A DNA stretch of 64,000 nucleotides from Trichodelitschia bisporula. Lineage: Eukaryota. The stretch covers positions 1 through 64,000 of the forward strand of contig ML996708.1 of NCBI GenBank assembly GCA_010356995.1, written 5' to 3'. Both the position numbers and the translations under genes were made by a program. Position 1 is the first letter of the stretch. The number at the start of each line of letters is the position of its first letter. Of the stretch, positions 59,424 through 64,000 are shown in pieces. Below the pieces are notes generated by a model, which worked only from the letters and a program-made list of their open reading frames with translations, made no database searches and was not told the origin of the DNA.

Positions 59424-61052
59424 ATGTCCAAGTCCAACCGCAATGGCGTCGTCTTCCCCCCCTTCTGGCCCGCGCCGCTGGCACCGCACTCCCACCCCGT
59501 TCGCACATCCCTCATCCCGCGCTTCGAACCGCGCTCCGAACCAGCGAACACCGGCCCCCGGCCCTGGCGCGGCGCCGACCCGCCCAACGCGCCGACCAGC
59601 TTCTCCGCCCCAGAGCGCTCCCGCCATCCGCCCACGGAGGGCTATTCCGCCCGGAAGCGGGGCGAGTATACCCGGCCAAAGGGCTCCTCGGCCCCGGCCC
59701 GCCCGGCCCGTACACCGGTGTCCGAATCCCCCGCCGAACACCCCCCAGGCCTTCCCCTCTCCTCCCCGGCAGCCCGCCCCCCCTCCTCCCCGGCCGCGCC
59801 TCCCCCTCACCTCCCCCCGCCCATGCCCTCCCCCGCGTCCTCTCCCACAGCAGCTCACTCCCCCCGGAGCGCCTCGCATCCGCACTCGGTTCCGCGGCTC
59901 GAGGATGGGGAGCGGGGCGCGGCGGCGGCGGACGAGGCTTGGGAAGAGGAGCGGGTGTGTGAATACCCTGATCGACCTATGTCAAGCATACATAGTCATA
60001 CCGCTGCGGAGGTGGCTGGGGGTTTGAAGGGGGCTTCGCTGCCGCCTGAGGGCGAGAGGAGGTCGGGGCGGGAAGGGGCGGAGCGCAGACCTTTGACTCG
60101 TTGGAATGAAGTACGACTTAGGGTTGCCGATGAGCCGAGGACGAAGAGAGAGGACGCAGAACGCAGACGCCTGGCTAGCAGGAAAGAGGATGTGGATCCG
60201 GTACCACGCCGTACCTACTCTCCGCCTTCGCGTTCGGACGCCGAGGAATGGGAGCCGTCTTCCGTTCCCACGCAAACCCGGGTGTCCGACTACGATTGCC
60301 GCTCCCGACTCGTGAGGAGCGCGCCGCAGACAAGCGGGGTGCGGCCTAGGTTGAAGGACGAGCCGAGTAAGGAGAGAGAGAGCGCACGGCGCAAACGCCT
60401 GGAGCAGGAGAGAGCACGGCGCCAACGCCTGGAGCGGAGCGCAGCGCGCCGACACCCCCCTCCCTATGCGGCTCCAACGCACCCTCCGCCTTCTCGTTCG
60501 GGCTATGAGAGGATGGAGCCGTCCTCTGTCCCCATGCAAACCCGGGTGCCCGACCACGACTACTGCTCCCGAGTCGTAAGGAGTGCGCCGCAGACAAGCA
60601 GGGTGCGGCCAAGCGGTATGCGGCACAGGTCTGGTGACGAGCCGAGTCCGACGCGCGAGGGAACAGAGCGTACGTACTCAGACCGGAGCGCACGGCCAAG
60701 CGGCTTGCCACGCAGGTTCAAGGACGAGCCGACTCCGACACTTGAGAGCGCGGAGCATATCTTCCAGTTCCGCCAGCGAAGGGGCGCAGAACCCATACCG
60801 CCCCTGCCCACAGCATTTGCCTCCGAACCCGACAGCCCAACCCTCGGCTACGGCGACGGCGACGAGTACCCCTTCACCGGCCCGCTCGCCCCATCCCGCA
60901 ATTATGCACTTGATCGCCCCCCCCACACCAAACGCGTGCCCAGCATCCGCCGCGGCCGCTTAGTCGTCTCGCCGCCCGCCCGCCCCCCGTCCCGCACCGC
61001 CACACCCTCCCGCACAACCCCCCCTCCCTCCCCCCCACTTACCCAATCTTAA
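59424..61052 (+). CDS. Pro/Arg-rich orphan protein with internal duplications
   Basis: 542-codon open frame with a frame-preserving internal repeat (EPSSVPxQTRVxDxDxxSRxVRSAPQTSxVRP twice) and four DEP-x4-E motifs; no recognisable domain. Confidence 0.5.
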   Translation: MSKSNRNGVVFPPFWPAPLAPHSHPVRTSLIPRFEPRSEPANTGPRPWRGADPPNAPTSFSAPERSRHPPTEGYSARKRGEYTRPKGSSAPARPARTPVSESPAEHPPGLPLSSPAARPPSSPAAPPPHLPPPMPSPASSPTAAHSPRSASHPHSVPRLEDGERGAAAADEAWEEERVCEYPDRPMSSIHSHTAAEVAGGLKGASLPPEGERRSGREGAERRPLTRWNEVRLRVADEPRTKREDAERRRLASRKEDVDPVPRRTYSPPSRSDAEEWEPSSVPTQTRVSDYDCRSRLVRSAPQTSGVRPRLKDEPSKERESARRKRLEQERARRQRLERSAARRHPPPYAAPTHPPPSRSGYERMEPSSVPMQTRVPDHDYCSRVVRSAPQTSRVRPSGMRHRSGDEPSPTREGTERTYSDRSARPSGLPRRFKDEPTPTLESAEHIFQFRQRRGAEPIPPLPTAFASEPDSPTLGYGDGDEYPFTGPLAPSRNYALDRPPHTKRVPSIRRGRLVVSPPARPPSRTATPSRTTPPPSPPLTQS

Positions 61053-62642
61053 CCATCCAAGTCCCCCCCCAGGCAACCGCAAACAAACCCCCGAGCAGCC
61101 AGAAATACGCCTGCGGCCACCACCCCACCGTCGCCGCGTACACACCCATGAACACTACCGGCCCCACCGCCCGCGCCACATTGTGCAATAGTCCCACCGC
61201 GCCCAGCAAAGCGCCCGTGTCCCCCGGGCCGACGAGGCTGACCATCGCGGCCTGCAGCGTCGGGCTGCCCACGCCGCCAGCCGCGGCGAGCGTGCCCGCG
61301 GCGACGAACCACCCCCCGCTCGGCGCGAGGGCATAGCCAGTATACCCTGCGACATCAGCCGCGATGGCAGCACGCACGAGGGCGAGTTCCACGCCGCGGC
61401 CCCGGCCGAACAGTCGCATGGTGAGGGGGACGAGGACGAGCAGGCACGCGACCTTGGACGCGCCGACGATGCCGACGAAATATCCCTGCATAACTGCAGT
61501 CCAGGCGAAGCGATAGTTACTGTAGAGCAAGACGACAGTGTGCGCGCCCATCGCGAGGCCGAAGGTCACGGTGTCGATTGCGGCGAGGACGAGGAGTGTG
61601 CGCTTTGTGCTTGGGCTGGCGTGGGCGGGGTACAGGACGCGGAGCGGGGCGAAGAAGGATTTGGGATGGAGGGCGCTGAGGAGGGCGCGCGTAGGGCCGG
61701 TGGAGGGGATTATTCGCGCGGCGTGGGCGGCGCGGCGGCGTGAGGGGGAGAGGGATTCAGGCACGGCGAGGAGGAGGAGCGTGATGAAGAGCGCGTGGCA
61801 GGCGAGCGCGAGGTAGAACACGCTGACGACGGAGCCGGTGCGCGCCATTAGCGCGGCGGCGAGAACGGGGCCGAGCGCGATCCCGCTGTGCAGGCAGCCG
61901 TGGAAGTACCCGAAGACAACGTTGCGCCGGCTCGGCGGGGTGGTGTCGGCGGCGTAGGCGTGGGCGAGGGCCATGGAGGAGATGAAGGAGCCGCCTAGGC
62001 CGTCGAGGGCGGCGCCGAGGAGGAGTGTGGAGAGGGGGAGGGTTTGTGGGAAGTTTGCGACGAGCACGGTGATGGTTTCGTTGAGGAGCATGCCGATGTT
62101 GGTCCAGATTAGAAGGGGGAGGCGGCCGTGTCTGTCGCTTAGCCGGCCCAGGTGCGGGGAGATGAGAGAGGCGAGGGTGCCGCTGGTTAGGCTGTAGAGG
62201 AGCTTGAAGGTTGCGACGCGGCGCTGGATCTCCGGGGTGCGGCAGTGGTCTGGGAGGGTGGCGCCGGGGGTTTTGAGTGCTGCGGTGGAGAAGGTTGCTG
62301 GTGAGGAGTAGTAGTCGTCGCAGACGAGGGCGAGGACGAGGTTGACTTTGGGCACGATGAGCCCGCCGAAGGAAATGGCCGTTAGGGCGAAGGGAATAAG
62401 CAGCCAGTAGACCTGGGTGGATGTCAGCCTCGTGCTCTCAGCGTGCTCCGACGGCTGGTATGTGGAATGATAAGACGCACACTGGGCCGCCGGTGCCACG
62501 GCAGTTTCTCCCACGCCGCTTCGTCCATATCGTCGTCGGTCTTCGCGCCACCCAGCAGCGGCGACGCTTCGTTCTGCTCCGTCTCCGCGCGTACCGCGCA
62601 CGTATCTACCCCGCTGAGCGGATCTACCACGGCGCGAGGCAT
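61039..62642 (-). CDS. MFS transporter (SLC46/YJL163C-like, tetracycline-efflux-like)
   Basis: EASPLL..WHRRPS, an intron, then VYWLLIPF, LVCDDYY, HCRTPEIQ, GRLSDRHGR, DGLGG, AYAADTT, VPESL. Confidence 0.85.
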
Positions 62643-64000
62643 GGTAGGCGAGGTAGGCTCGCGGTGGGGATGGAGAGGGTGGGCATTGACGTTGAGGCGG
62701 AGTATGAACTGGATTGAACGGCCATGGCGGGGTTATCAACGGCGTATCTGGCTGGCGCAGGGCGGTTGGTGGTGAGCAGCACATCGGACAGGGGTCAGAT
62801 CTTGGAATTGGAGGATGCCGGACCGGGATCGGGAAGGAGCGGTTGGTGGGGGATCGGCCCGGTGAGATCGCACGGATGGGACCAGGGGATCATAAACGAT
62901 AGGGTGCATGTAATGACGCGTCCTTTTCACTTCACGTGCACTGCATCCCGTTTCCCATGGAGCTCGAATAGGTATCCTGCTTTTTGGAGCCATCTTAGCC
63001 GCTGATTTTGCCTGGACGAATTGTTACTGAACCACTCATAAAATGCGGACGATAGCATAGGGAGAGTTAATTGTCGACCTTGCAATCGCGAAGAACTTAC
63101 TAACATAGCACCTAACAACCGCATCCCTCTTCTCGTATGGCGCTTCCAATATGCACCTTCAAACCTCAGCACGCAAGTGTAGCAGGCTCCATGTGGTCTT
63201 CGCGGCATCTTACCTCCCCGAGCTAGTTGCGACGTCCATGACCTTCATCTCAACCGCCTCAATATCTGGCGCATCTCGTGAGTGCTTGGATGCCTTAGCG
63301 ACTGATGGAAGGATAGACTTGGTATCTGCAATGGCTACGGCTTGAAGTGAAAGGTTGATAGAAGACGAAGAGAGGAGAGAGAGAGACAGAGAAGCTCGAC
63401 AACGAAATAAATAGTACATTGTGGGTGCCTTAAATTCTCCGCTGCTCCTTCCTCCCATGTCGTGAGCACATTACATCAAGTACCTTCCTACATAGCAATG
63501 CTCCTGCCTTGTCTACATCAGCGGCTCCGGGAAGGTACGCGACCGCCGTCCATTATGGGTGGTACCTTCCTCGACGAGAGATGCGACAGAATGGAGCGTC
63601 ATTGGAGAGCATCAATGGTGGTGCCAGTCGCTCGTCCTAGGTGAAGTCGAAAACACAGCGCTTCTAGTCATCCAGCCGTCCATTTCGAAGACGAGGTCAG
63701 CAATTTATCGTTCAAAGATTCTATCGATGATTTGTCGTTGATCATTCTGACGAGTGACGTACCGCCCTTGCCAAGAAGCTAGTCCCAGTGTTGAGACCAA
63801 GCGATTCGCGAAAGTCGCAGCCCCACATGCCTCAGGATCTTGCGGTGAAAGTAGCCACAATTTTCCCCTGGCCTCTAGCTCAGACCTTCGCCATCTCAAC
63901 CTCATCCAACCCAAACCATGCGCCATTCACAACCTCTCCGCGCCGCCCTGCGCGCCGTAGCCAACACCACCACCAAACCACACTCTCCGAACCGCTTTCC

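Overview
Gene-dense eukaryotic DNA from a filamentous ascomycete (Pezizomycotina, Dothideomycete-like). Introns are very short (41-58 nt, GT..CTAAC..YAG), and sense strands tend to be C-rich at 5' ends and G/T-rich at 3' ends. About 30 protein-coding genes can be built by hand-splicing the ORF track. Housekeeping genes: RPT6, Vnx1-like antiporter, Brl1/Brr6, cyclin L, EMC10-like, vip1-like, Nudix ADP-ribose pyrophosphatase, FGGY pentulose kinase, RING-H2 ligase, TMEM135-like. Transporters: three MFS, PTR2, a bestrophin/UPF0187 channel. Others: ayg1 and several secreted proteins (an apparently truncated AA9 LPMO, an AA16-like LPMO, a cupredoxin, a PHM-like copper monooxygenase candidate, two divergent alpha/beta-hydrolase paralogs). 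No rRNA, tRNA, transposon or CRISPR array is evident. Best leads: a head-to-head modin-like gene and putatively myristoylated AAA ATPase next to a Thr-repeat type-I membrane protein with an unusual CxxC-H-C plus GYGQ-repeat tail; the PHM-like enzyme, whose stop codon interlocks with that of a convergent MFS gene via a GC-AG intron; and nine TACGGTA copies clustered upstream of PTR2. All family calls come from motif recognition only; no database searches were run.
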